From: Sphyrna mokarran
Taxonomy: Eukaryota
Assembly: GCA_024679065.1 (NCBI GenBank)
Contig: JAGIQG010000017.1
Span: 57,908,001 to 57,972,000 of the forward strand
Direction: 5' to 3'
Length of the DNA: 64,000 nucleotides
Of the stretch, positions 39,554 to 52,267 are shown piece after piece; position 1 is the stretch's first letter, and each line of letters begins with the position of its first letter. Made by a program: the position numbers and the translations under genes. The notes beneath the pieces were generated by a model. That model ran no database searches, was not told where the DNA came from, and worked only from the letters and a program-made list of their open reading frames with translations.

Positions 39554-41523
39554 ATGAAAGGAATGACTCTGGTAATACTTTCCTTCCTCTTGTCCCAAGG
39601 AGTTCTTGCAAGCCTGAATGGAGGTGATCTAGATAAGTTAGCAAGAAAAGAGGGAAAAGAGGGGATACTATAAGCTCAGTCGCCGTCCTGGATCTCCCTA
39701 CACCACAGGTGGTAGAGACTGACCTATGCTCCTTGTTGTTATGTGGGGATCTGACAAGCCAACGAAAATACTCGGTTGAATCCTTACAATTTTACGCAGA
39801 TGGCAAGTGTCCCCAGGGTAAATTCCCTCCCATAATATCAATCCACCAGAAACATATGCAGCCAGGACCAGAATGCAAAGACAAGAAATGCAATCAATCC
39901 TATATATATATAAAACAATAACAGGGACCAAATGGACTGAAGAGTTGAGAAGTTATGTAATTAATGAAACTGGAGTATTGGAAATGGTAGGAGGGGGCGT
40001 CTGTCACCACCAGTTACATCAGGCAATGTTTGGAGTCAGAGTAAAAGAAGGAGAAGATAGCAAACTGAAATGTTGTTTCTGAATTTATGTAAATAAAGAT
40101 CTGAAATCACCCGACCAAAAGGAGGAGGTCTCTCACCATGACCCAGGGGCAGTAAAGGTGAGGGAGTTAAAAGACCTGAGACAGACCTTTGAAATAGAGA
40201 CTGGATATGAGGATACAAATGCCTGGGTAGAACGGGTCAAGTATGCCATAAAAAGTTTGAACAAAAGCAATTGCTATGCGTGTGCATCTGGCAGCCGACA
40301 GCCCAAATAGCCCCCTTCCCACTGGGATGGTAACGTGACCGAAGGGGCATGGAGTGCATGCTAGCCTTGTACCAGGATAAGAAGGCTTGGGACAACCAAA
40401 CCTGCAAGTCCTTGTCTTTAATGTTCCCTCCCCTAGAGGAAAAGGATTTAAAGACGACTCCCCCTTCATTCCTCGCCACCACTGTAAATCACACTTCATG
40501 TGTGAGCAGACATAGGGCAGGACTAAACAGAAACGTGGGAGAGCTGGAGTCATCCACAGAGACGGAGAATGTGATGGGGACAACCAAGGAAGGGATCTGC
40601 TCCTCATTAAACGTTCCCAGGGCAGATTTATGGTGGTATTGTGGAGGAAGGGTACTGAGGCCAAATCTGCCCTCCCTCCTCCCCCTCCCCCCCCCACTCG
40701 AGTGGAAAGGTACATGTGCAATTGTTCAATTGGCTATACCATTTACCCTGGCATCTGAAGGATCCAAAGCAACCAGGAAAGACAAGCTATCATTGATAGA
40801 AACTTCTTTTGATGAGAGGATATACCTGGACCCCATAGGGGTGCCCCGGGGATTCCCGGATGAATTCAAGGCCAGAAACCAAATCGCTTCTGGATTTGAA
40901 CCTTGATTTGGTGGATAACCGTAAATAAGAATGCGGATTGGATAAATTATATATGTTATAACCAGCAAAGATTCATTAACTATTCCAGAGACGCTATCTG
41001 GGGTTTGGCGGAGCAACTAGACGCCACTAGTAGAATGGCGTGGAAAAACCGAATGGCCTTAGATATGATGTTGGCAGAAAAAGGTGGCGTGTGTGATGTT
41101 GGAAGGAAGGTGTTGTACCTTCATCCCAAATAACACGGCCTCTGACGGCTCCATAACTCGAGCCCTACAAGGACTAACAACCTTAGCGGAGGAAATAACA
41201 GAAAACTCTGGGGTTAACAATGTATTCACTGATGGGTTGGAGTCCTGGTTTGGAAAGTGGAAAGGAATGGTGGTGTCAGTACTGACCTCTTTAATAATAA
41301 TAGCAGGAGTACTGGTAACAGTGGGAAGTTGCATAACCCCCTGTGTGAGGGGGGTTGGGTCCAACGACTTATTGAAACAACATTAACAGAGAAAATGTCC
41401 ATAAGGGAAAGAATAAATTTATTGGGAATGGGATATGAATTGGATGACGAAGTAGATAAAGTAGTGGGAAAGATGCTCCAGGAATTTGAGATACGAAAAA
41501 TTGTGATGGATGTGTTAACAGCA
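39554..41523 (+). pseudogene. env: ERV env (gamma type), disrupted
   Basis: Signal peptide MKGMTLVILSFLLSQG; immunosuppressive domain NRMALDMMLAEKGGVC; CX6CC (CVMLEGRCC); TM segment; several stops and frameshifts. Confidence 0.85.
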
Positions 41524-42239
41524 TTTTTACATGTTATTGCTCACAATTCCCCCCTTTTCTTTTAGCTTGCTGTTAACACATATGAGAGGAAGAACAATTT
41601 GTTGCTCCCAAAGAAAGAAGGTACCTAAAAGATTAAGTTGCCAAAAACATGTTTTCGACCTAATCATATGCTTAGCTCAGCAGACGACTAATTCTCACAA
41701 GGTGGTATATCTAATCATAGAACTAGGGGGAACAGAAAAAACGAGGAACCAAAACCAAAGCAATCAGCAATACTCAAGAACTAGAGTGGCCAAATAAGGG
41801 AAAAATAAACAGGGAGGGAGGTCCCGACAGAGAGTGTAAGAGGAAATATAAACAGGGGAGACTTTAGGAGAGAGATGGGACTGGAGGAGCAAGAGAGACA
41901 CTCGAACCAACCAAGAGAAGGGGAAGTGATAAAATCTGTAAACTGATTGCATTAATAACCGTGACACATGTACTAGGGTGTGCCCGTTTCTCGGGCACCC
42001 GGTCTTGCAAGAACGTTGAATAAAATATCCCACTCCTTCAGAACTTGACTTGACTAAATTATTTGAGCGGCGTTTCTCACAACACCAAGCGGATATGATT
42101 GAAAAATATTTGAAATAAAAAAGATATTCCCGAATCGAGAAGGAGCCGAAAGACTGACGGGTGAGGGTGTGAATAATAATCATCAAGATTCAAAATATCA
42201 AAAGATTAAAATATAACTGTTATGTGCAGTAGGGGAATT

Positions 42240-42370
42240 CCTCCAGAACGGAGCGCGCGGGGCACCGTCTCCCCTGGCAAGGCAAGATGGCCGCTGGCCG
42301 TCTCCCTTGGCAACGCAAGATAGCCGCCGCCTGCGATGAGTGTGATTGTGGCGCAGGCGAAGTGAGGCCC
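42240..42370 (+). promoter_or_regulatory. CpG-rich promoter-like segment with tandem RFX X-box and YY1 motifs
   Basis: GTCTCCCCTGGCAAG (42267) and GTCTCCCTTGGCAAC (42300); CAAGATGGCCGC (42283); possible GTGAGG donor at 42362. Confidence 0.45.
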
Positions 42371-42448
42371 TGCCTGCTGCCCTATTGTCCAGATTGCCCC
42401 CCCCCCCACTCCCCCGTGGATGTGGTAGGGATGGTGCAACTGATGGAG

Positions 42449-42637
42449 CAACAAACCCAGTTTCAATGGGGGAGAGAAGCTGCAATGCTGCTCCCTGTTA
42501 TTCAGTCCTCTCCCCCAATCTCAGCATTGCAGAGTGTTTAAACAAACCCAGTTTCAATAGGGGGAGAGAAGCTGCAATGCTGCTCCCTGTTATTCAGTCC
42601 TCTCCCCCAGTCTCAGCATTGCAGAGTGTTTAAACAA
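42449..42637 (+). repeat. Tandem duplication of about 92 bp
   Basis: AACAAACCCAGTTTCAAT...GCAGAGTGTTTA occurs twice. Confidence 0.9.
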
Positions 42638-44702
42638 GAGGGTGCATTGTCACAGCAGCACCTTGGCCTGCAATTTAAGTTTATTTATTAGTTTCACTAA
42701 TAAGCCAGCTTACATTAATATTGCGATGAAGTTACTGTAAGAATTCCCCTAGTCTCCATATTCCTGTTTGGATAACATTGAGGGAGAATTTAAGCATGGT
42801 CCAATGCACCCTAAACCAGCACGTTTTTCAGACTGGGGGAGGAAACCGAAGGAAACCCACACCGAAATGGGGAAAATGTTCAAATGACCCACAGGTGCCT
42901 AGCACAGTGAGGCTGCAGTTTTAATCACTGTCCCACCATGCTGACACTGGGGCAAATGTATTTAGGGGGAACACGGGGCAGGTGGGGGTATCACTAACTC
43001 ACTTTGATGGGGGGGGGACATGAGGAAAAATCAGCTTTGTCTCAAAAAAAACTTCCATTTTTCCTTTTGTTTCTTATTGAAAACCAGCTCCTCCATCCCA
43101 CCCATCAACAGGGCTAACAGAAAGCAGAGAAAAGTTACAGTCCAGGAGAGGCCATTCAGCCCATCACATCTGTACCAGCTTGGGAAATAAAGACTAGCTG
43201 TCCATTCTAATCCCACCTTCCAGCAAACCAGCCCCTCATCTCCTTTTTACACGTCAGAGTGTTTCAGCTGCAGATCCGGGTGCCGAATGAGTGAACCGAT
43301 TGTTTTCTATCTGAACCACCAGTTTAGGCAGTGCTTTGCAGATACCCTCCACCCTCTGAGTGACAAGCGTCTTACACATGTCCCTTGTAATCCTCCTACC
43401 GATCACCTTCAATCTGTGTGAACCCCGCTTCCTGTCTCTGTTCGGGGGAATCGGGCCTTCTCTTTCCATCCTGTCTTGGCCCCCCTCAGAATTTTAGACC
43501 CTTCAGTTCCATCACCTCTCAGGAAAACAACCCTCGCCAATCCAATCCTTTCCTCACAGCTGCAATTTCCCCAGTCCTGGAAAAAACATTTGTAAATCCA
43601 AATGGTTATCGAATCTGACTAAACTTTAACATTGCCCCATCGCCAACAGTGAACAATCTACAGATGCACAAGCAAGAGGCAGAGATGGTGCAAATGTTTG
43701 GATATTTATTCAGAAAACAATGGGATATTTATTGCCCTGTTCAGATGAATCTCAAAGATGGTCATTGAGCAGACCTACATTAAAACAATGGTGCAGTCCA
43801 AGGTTAAAAGTCATTGTAACAAAGTCGAAGTTTCTCCTGAAATTGGACTTGCCGGTGACTCCCAATATAACAGAGAAATCAAAACTCATACCACACCCTG
43901 ATAAAACGTTGGTTCGGCATCAGGAAGGAGGGTGAGGTTTGATTTTTATTCATTCATGGGACATGGGGTAACATTGACTGGCCACCATTTATTGCCCATC
44001 TCTCGGTTCCCGAGGGCAGTTCAGAGATATTGCTGTGGATCTGGAGTCACACGGAGCCAAGCCAGGTAAGGACGGCAGATTTCCTTCCCTAAAGGGCATT
44101 GGTGACCCCGATGGGTGTTTCCGACAATTGAGCATCAGGAGATTCTTCATTTCAGTTTTTTTTTTATTGAATCCAAATTCCACCACGGGTTGTGGCGGGA
44201 TTCGAACCCGGGTCCCCAGAAACTGAGTGGAGTTTCTGGATGAATAGTCTAGCAATCATCCCAATCGGCCATCGCCTCCCCTTGAGGGAGGGAACTGCGC
44301 AGTTAGGGGCCTTGACAGCTGGAGACACAGCCATTGAGGTTGGAGTGACTGCAACTGAGGGGATGTTCACAAGGCCTGGGTTAGAGCGCGGAATGTGTGA
44401 ACGGGAAAGCAACAACAACCTGCATTAATGCAGCACCAGAAACAGAATTGAATGTCTGGCAGAGACTTCATATGGGGACTATCCAAAAACAAATTCTCCC
44501 AGCCAGACTCACGTGGAGATATTAGGGACAGGAGACTAAAAGCTGGGACAGAGAGAATTTCCTTGTGTCACTTTTGGTTCTTTCACCAATCCCTTCAAAT
44601 CTGTGTCCCCCTGAGATAGAGAGAGAGGGACGGATATTTCTCACGGACCAAAGCCTGACTGCTACTTTCACACTGCTCTACACAGCTTTGGGACAGCATT
44701 AG

Positions 44703-45484
44703 TAGAACATAGAACATAGAACATAGAACATTACAGCACAGAACAGGCCCTTCGGCCTTCGATGTTGTGCCGACCAAAATAAAAAGCAATGCCCCTCCAA
44801 ACTAAACCATTCCCTTCTCTTCCATATACTTATCAATTAACCTCTTAAACGCCACCAAACTTGGCGCATCTACAACAGCTGCAGGCAGGGCATTCCACTC
44901 CCTAATCACTCTTTGAGTAAAGAACCTACCTCTGATATCCGTCCTATAACTCATACCCCTTAATTTAAAGCTGTGTCCCCTCGTGCTAGCTTTCTCCATC
45001 CTAGGAAAAAGGCTATCACTGTCCACCCTATCTAAACCTCTAATCATCTTATATGCTTCAATAAGATCCCCTCTTAGCCGCCTCCTTTCTAACGAAAACA
45101 ACCTCAAATCCTTCAACCTCTCTTCATAGGACCTGCCCTCCATACCAGGCAACATCCTGGTAAACCTCCTCTGTACCCTCTCCAATGCCTCCACATCTTT
45201 CTTATAATGTGGGGACCAGAACTGCACACAATACTCCAAGTGCGGCCGCACTAGAGTTTTGTACAGTTGCAACATGATGCTGCAGCTCCTAAATTCAATC
45301 CCCCTGCCAATAAAAGCTAAGACTCCATATGCCTTCTTAACAACTTTATCCACTTGACTGCCTACTTTCAGGGATCTATTGACACATACACCAAGATCCT
45401 TCTGTTCCTCAACACTATTAAGAGCCCTACCATTAGCCCTATACTCTACACATTTATTGTTCCTGCCAAAGTGCATTACCTCAC
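44703..45484 (-). mobile_element. CR1 3' fragment
   Basis: RT C-terminus and (AGAACAT)n tail. Confidence 0.92.
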
Positions 45485-45719
45485 AAGTCTTATGAATCAT
45501 CCCAGTCTCTTCCCCTTTAACTCTCTCCCTCTCTATGTCTGGCCCCGTAGCAGGGAATGGGCCGTGAGCTCCCTTCCACTTTGATTTACAGACAGTTAAT
45601 TCCCACTGGGGAAAGGACAGAGATTGAAATGGAAAATGATCAGATGCTGAGCTGCTCAGGCAGAATCTGTGTTCCAGAGACACAGAGAATGGGATCAGAG
45701 ACATACAGACTGATTGAGA

Positions 45720-45972
45720 AACATACACCACCCACACNNNNNNNNNNNNNNNNNNNNNNNNNNNNNNNNNNNNNNNNNNNNNNNNNNNNNNNNNNNNNNN
45801 NNNNNNNNNNNNNNNNNNNNNNNNNNNNNNNNNNNNNNNNNNNNNNNNNNNNNNNNNNNNNNNNNNNNNNNNNNNNNNNNNNNCTTTCACACGCACCCAA
45901 ATGCTTAAGCAGACCACCTCACAGAGTGATACAAACACAGGTACACACACACTCATACAGATGCAAACACAG

Positions 45973-46017
<45 letters not shown>

Positions 46018-46151
46018 TACACATACTGATACACTGAGTGCTACACACACACACACAGATGCATACACAGGTATGCACACACACACACACACACAGATAC
46101 ACACACTGATACACTCATTGGCACACACACCCATACAGATACATACACAGG

Positions 46152-46209
<58 letters not shown>

Positions 46210-46932
46210 TACACACACTGATACACTCACTGGTACACACACACTCACACAGATACATACACAGGTACACACACACACACACAGATACAAACACTGATAC
46301 AGCTTTAAATTAAGGGGTGATAGTTATAGGACGGATATCAGAGGTAGGTTCTTTACCCAAAGGGTGGTTCGGGAGTGGAATGCCCTGCCTGCAGCAGTTG
46401 TAGATGCGCCAAGTTTGGTGGCGTTTAAGAGGTTAGTTGATAAGTATATGGAAGAGAAGGGAATGGTTTAGTTTGGAGGGGCATTGCTTTTTATATTGGT
46501 CGGCGCAACATCGAAGGCCGAAGGGCCTGTTCTGTGCTGTAATGTTCTATGTTCTATGTTCTATGATACACTCACTGGTACACACACACTCACACAGATA
46601 CATACATTTATACACACATGTACAAATATGCACACACAGATACCAATATACACATGCAGACACACACGTACACAATGATACATCCATCGATACACAAACA
46701 CCCCCCCACACACGCACACACTGATACACAGATACACCACACACACACACACACAGACATTCACGCACACACTGATACACGCACACACACACACACTGAT
46801 ACATAAACACACACACAGTGATACACACAGATACACACAAATACGCACACACACACGCGCTGATACACGCACAGATACACACACAGAAATGCACACACAG
46901 TGAAACACACAGATACACACACACACACACAC
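45720..46932. repeat. Complex (CA)n microsatellite containing a gap (45738-45883) and a plus-strand CR1 3' fragment (46298-46564)
   Basis: CA/CAGATA units; N run; CR1 tail sequence. Confidence 0.93.
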
Positions 46933-47543
46933 ATAATAATTACAAATTCAATCTCCTTTTTCACTGTTTCAACAAACAAAGACAAGGCTGTTAAGGAAAT
47001 GCAGTTAGATACAGAAGAAATGAGGAGGAATAATTTCTTCTCTCGGAGGTGGTTAGTCTTTAGAATTCTCTCCATATCAGCCACTCTTTCCCACTCTCCA
47101 TCCAGCTGGAGAGGGGAACAGAGAGAGAAAGCAATCGAGGTCGAGAGAGAGTAACAGAGAGAGGGGAGGATAGCAATGGGGTGAGAGTCGCAGGGAGAGA
47201 GACAGAGAGGAAGTGATTGAGATGGAGACTGCAAAGCCGGGAGCAGTGATCACACAGGGACCACGCAGAACATAAGAAATAGGAGCAGGAGGAGGCCATT
47301 CTGCGCCTCGAGTCTGCTCCTCAGTTGATAATATCATTGGCTGATCTGACTGTGGCCTTAACTCCTCTTCGCTGCCTGTCTCCCTCATAACCTTTCCCTC
47401 CCTTGTATATGTTCAATGTCCCAACGCCCACTGCTCTCCGGAGAACCGAATTCGAAACACTAACCACCCCCTGAGAGAAGAAATTATTCCTCCTCACCTC
47501 GATTTTCAAGGGGAACTTCCTGAATTTTAAACAGCATCCCCCT

Positions 47544-47832
47544 GGTGGCACGGTTGCACAGTGGTTAACACTGCTGCCTCACAGTGCCGGGGACCCAGGT
47601 TCAATTCCCTGTTTGGGTCACTGTCTGTGTGGAGTCTACACCTCCTCCTCGTGTCTGCGTGGGTTTCGTCGGTTTCCTCCCACAGTTTGAAAGTCCCGAC
47701 GGTTAGGTGTACCAGTCATGTTAAATTCTCCCTATGTGTGCTCAAGCAGGCACCAGACTGTGGCGACTATGGCTTTTCCACACTAACTCCATTGCAGTGT
47801 TAATGTCATCCTACTTGTGACACTAATAAATC
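47544..47832 (+). mobile_element. HE1/V-type tRNA-derived SINE
   Basis: A/B-box head GGTGGCACGG...GGTTCAATTCC; V-domain-like GTGTCTGCGTGGGTTT...GGTTTCCTCCCAC. Confidence 0.75.
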
Positions 47833-48044
47833 AACTTTGAAACCTGATACTAGATTCCCCCTTTGGAGCCTTGTTCTGTTATAACTAATGCGGATGTTTA
47901 AAGATTATTCGATAGTTCAATGCACTCTGAGGCCAGTATATTGTAGCCAGTGCAATATGTGGGCGGTCCTAGAGGCTCCTGGTCTCCCAGACATCCATGT
48001 CTGTGCTCGGTGTGCGGAGATGTGGATCCTAAGGTAGCGGGTTA

Positions 48045-51000
48045 ATAGAACATAGAACATAGAACATAGAACATTACAGCGCAGAACAGGCCCTTCGGCT
48101 TTCGATGTTGCGCCGACCATTATAAAAAGCAATGACCCTCCAAACTAAACCATTTCCTTCTCCTCCATAAACTTATCAACTAACCTCTTAAACGCCACCA
48201 AACTTGGCGCATCTACAACTGCCGCAGGCAGGGCATTCCACTCCCTAACCACCCACTGGGTAAAGAACTTAACTCTGATATCCGTTCTATAACTATCACC
48301 CCTTAATTTAAAGCTGTGTCCCCTCGTGCTAGCTTTCTCCATCCTAGGAAATAGGCTATCAATGTTCACCCTATCTAAACCTCTAATCATCTTATATGCT
48401 TCGATAAGGTCTCCTCTTAGCCGCCTCCTCTCTAACGAAAACAACCTCAAATCCCTCAGCCTCTCTTCATAAGACCTGCCCTCCATACCAGGCAACATCC
48501 TGGAAAACCTCCTCTGTACCCTCTCCAATGCCTCCACATCTTTCTTATAATGTGGGGACCAGAACTGCACACAATACTCCAAGTGCGGCCGCACTAGAGT
48601 TTTGTACAGTTGCAACATGACGTTGCGGCTCCGAAATTCAATCCCCCTACCAATAAAAGCTAAGACTCCATATGCCTTCTTAACAACCTTATCGACTTGA
48701 CTGCTTACTTTCAGGGATCTATGCACAAATACACCAAGATCCCTCTGTTCATCAACACTATTAAGTATCCTACCATGAGCCCTATACTCTACACATTTAT
48801 TATTCCTGCCAAAGTGCATTACCTCACGCTTTTCCACATTAAACTCCATTTGCCACCTCTCGGCCCAGCTCTGCAACTTGTGCAAGTCTCTCTGCAAACT
48901 ATAACACCCCTCCTCACTATCTACCACTCCACCGACTTTAGTGTCATCTGCAAATTTACTAATCCATCCTTCAATACCCTCATCCAGATCATTTATAAAA
49001 ATTACAAACAGCAGGGGCCCCAAAACAGACCCCTGAGGTACACCACTTGTCACCGAACTCCACGATGAATATCTCCCATCAACCATCACCCTCTGTCTTC
49101 TATCTGCTAGCCAATTCCTAATCCAATTAGCTAAATCACCCTTAATCCCATACATCTGCATTTTCTGCCGAAGTTTTCCATGGGCCACCTTATCAAACGC
49201 CTTACTAAAGTCCATATATACCACATCAACCGCCTTACCCCCATCCACCTCTTTGGTCAATTTTTCAAAAAACTCAATGAGGTTAGTACGGCACGATCTA
49301 CCCTTCACAAAACCATGCTGACTTTCCCCAATCAATTCATTTCTCTCTAAATAACTATAAATCCGATCCCTAATTATTCTCTCCAATACTTTGCCCACAA
49401 CAGAAGTAAGACTCACTGGCCTATAATTCCCTGGAAGGTCCCTCTTCCCCTTCTTGAACAACGGGACCACATTCGCTATCCTCCAGTCCTCCGGAACCAC
49501 ACCTGTAACCAACGACGACCTGAAGATCAGAGCCAGAGGCTCTGCAATCGCCTCTCTTGCCTCCCAGAGATTCCTAGCGTAAATCCCGTCCTGCCCAGGG
49601 GACTTATCCAACTTCAAACCCTCGAGAATATCTAGTACATCCTCCCTATCTACTTCAATACTTTCCAGTTTGCTACCCTGTACCTCAGTGTTCTCCATAA
49701 CTACATTTACATCACCCTGCGTGAATACCGAAGAGAAATCTTTATTCAGTGCCTCTCCAATCTCTTCAGGCTCCACGCACAACTTCCCACTGCTGTCTAT
49801 GACTGGCCCTAATCTTGTCCTAACCAATCTTCTATTCTTAACATATCTAAAGAAAGCTTTAGGATTCTCCTTAATCCTATCAGCCAAAGTCTTCTCGTGT
49901 CCTCTCTTAGCTCTCCTCAATTCACTCTTTAGCTCCCTCCTGGTTAATCTATAGCTATCCATTGCACTAACCGAGCCTTCAAGCCTCATCCTGACATAAG
50001 CCTCCTTTTTCCTTTTAACCAGCGAATCAACTTTTTTTGTACACCAAGGTTCCCTTACTCGACCATTTCCTCCTTGCCTGACAGGGACATACTTATCAAG
50101 GACTCGCAGCAGCTGCTCCTTGAATAAGCTCCACATTCCAGATGTTCCCAGTCCCTGTATTTTCCTAGTCCAATCTATGCACCCTAATTCTCTCCTGATG
50201 GCCTCATAATTACCCTTCCCCCAGCTGTAACTACTGCCCCCAGCTTCATGCCTATCCCTATCCATCACTAAGGTGAACGTAACCGAATTGTGGTCACTAT
50301 CACCAAAATGTTCACTAACTTCCAAGCCTAACAACTGGTCTGGCTCATTGCCCAGCACCAAATCCAATGTAGCCTCACCTCTAGTTGGCCTATCTACATA
50401 CTGAGTCAAAAAACCTTCCTGCACACTTTGTACGAAAACTGACACCTCTAACGAGCTAGAGCTATAGCTATTCCAATCAATATTAGTAAAGTTAAAGTCC
50501 CCCATAACAATTACCCTATTACTTTCACTCCTGACCAGAATTGACTTGGCAATCCTTTCCTCTACCTCTCTAGAACTTTTAGGACGTCTATAAAAGACTC
50601 CCAACAGGGTGACCTCTCCTTTCCTGTTTCTAATCTCAGCCCATACTACCTCAACAGACAAGTCCTCATCAAACTTCTTTTCTGTCACTGTGATACAGTC
50701 TTTGACTAATAATGCCACTCCTCCTCCCTTCTACCTCCTTCTCTACTCCGACTAAAGCATTTGAACCCCGGAACCTGCAACATCCATTCTTGTCCCTGCT
50801 CTACCCAAGTCTCTGAAATGGCCACAACATCGAAGTTCCAGGTACTGGTCCAAGCTGCAAGTTCCTCCCCCTTATTGCGAACACTCCTTGCATTAAAGTA
50901 TACGCCTTTCAAACCATGCCCTAGCCCACCCGTACGCTGCTGTGTTTTACAGTTTTCCTCTATGACCCCCTTACTCTCATCCCTCTTAGCACCCCAACTA

Positions 51001-52260
51001 CTTAGGATCCCACCCCCTCCCCCCGAATCAGTTTAAAGCCCCCTGCATAGCCTTAGCAAATTTTCCCCCCAAGATATTAGTCCCCCTCTGGTTCAGGTGT
51101 AGACCATCTCTCTTGTAGAGGTCCCACCTATCCCAGAATGAGTCCCAATTGTTCAGGAACCTGAACCCCTCCCTCCTGCAACATCCCCGCAGCCACGAGT
51201 TCAAACATTCCCTCTCTCTATTCTTCTCTAAACTATCCCTTGGCACAGGCAAGAGTCCAGAGATAACCACTCTGCCAGTTTTTGCCTTAAGCTTCCACCC
51301 CAACTCCATAAATGTCTGCTTAATATCCCCCTCCCTCATCCCTCCTATATCATGTGTCCCCACATGAACTACGACCTGGGGTTGACTCCCCTCTCCCTTA
51401 AGAATCTTAAAAATCTGATCTGCGACATCCTGGACTCCAGCCCCTGGGAGGCAACACACCAGCCCTGAGTCACTTTTTTAACTATTTACTCTCCTATCCG
51501 TCCCTCTAACTATGGAGTCCCCAATCACTAGGCCCAATCTCCTTTTCCCCCTACCCACCTGACCATTCTCAGCAGGCTCACCCCCAAAGACCTGCTCCCT
51601 TTGGTCATCACCAGTTGATTCTTCCTCAACTGTAGCCTCCAAGACAGAAAATTTGTTTTGGAGGGGAACAGCCCCAGGGGATTGTCTACCCGATTGCTTG
51701 TTACCCCTCCTCCGAATAGTTACCCAAGAATCACTTTTAGGAGTGACTATCTCCTTGTCACTCCTGCCAATATCATCCTCAACCTCTCGGATTATCCTGA
51801 GTTCCTCTAATTCCAGCTCCAGCTCCTTAACACGATCCTCAAGGAGCTGCAAATGGGCACACTTCCTGCAGGTATAATCAGCAGGAACACTACTGGTGTC
51901 CTTCACCTCGTACATACTACAGGAGTTGCAACAGACTGCCTGCACTGCCATCCCTGATACTTTAATTTACTTTAAGGAGAGAGAGAAAACAAACTTCCCA
52001 CACACTTTTATTATTAGGTTAGAGGAGGGTGGAGAGTGGGATACTCTACCTCTGTAGAGTATCGGGTTTCCTCTCTGGACCAATTTATAGAGTCGGAGAA
52101 AACTACAACTACCGGCAGCCTCCTAATGACGACTTCCGGTTTCTTGTTAGTTTAAATAAAAATGGCAAAAACTACCCCGCTCGCTGTTTTAAATAAAGAG
52201 AAAAGTTAAAAAAGTACTTAACACTCGAACTTCACGCTTTCCCAAATCGCTGCCTCTCCG
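48045..52260 (-). mobile_element. Near full-length CR1 LINE (5' UTR, ORF1, ORF2; frameshifted)
   Basis: ORF1 pieces 51478-51951 and 51028-51459; ORF2 pieces 50706-50912 and 48145-50718; 5' UTR matches 58840-59155. Confidence 0.95.
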
Positions 52261-52267
52261 ATAAGAG

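Larger units (their letters stand above)
36767..42081 (+). mobile_element. Defective class I (gamma/epsilon-like) endogenous retrovirus
   Basis: Two homologous LTRs (about 36767-37302 and 41545/41583-42081); tRNA-Pro-like PBS; gag, protease, IN C-terminus and env remnants. Confidence 0.92.

Noticed and set aside
44802-47234. ORFs rich in CV/HT
   Set aside because: Translations of (CA)n repeats, an N gap and CR1 sequence.
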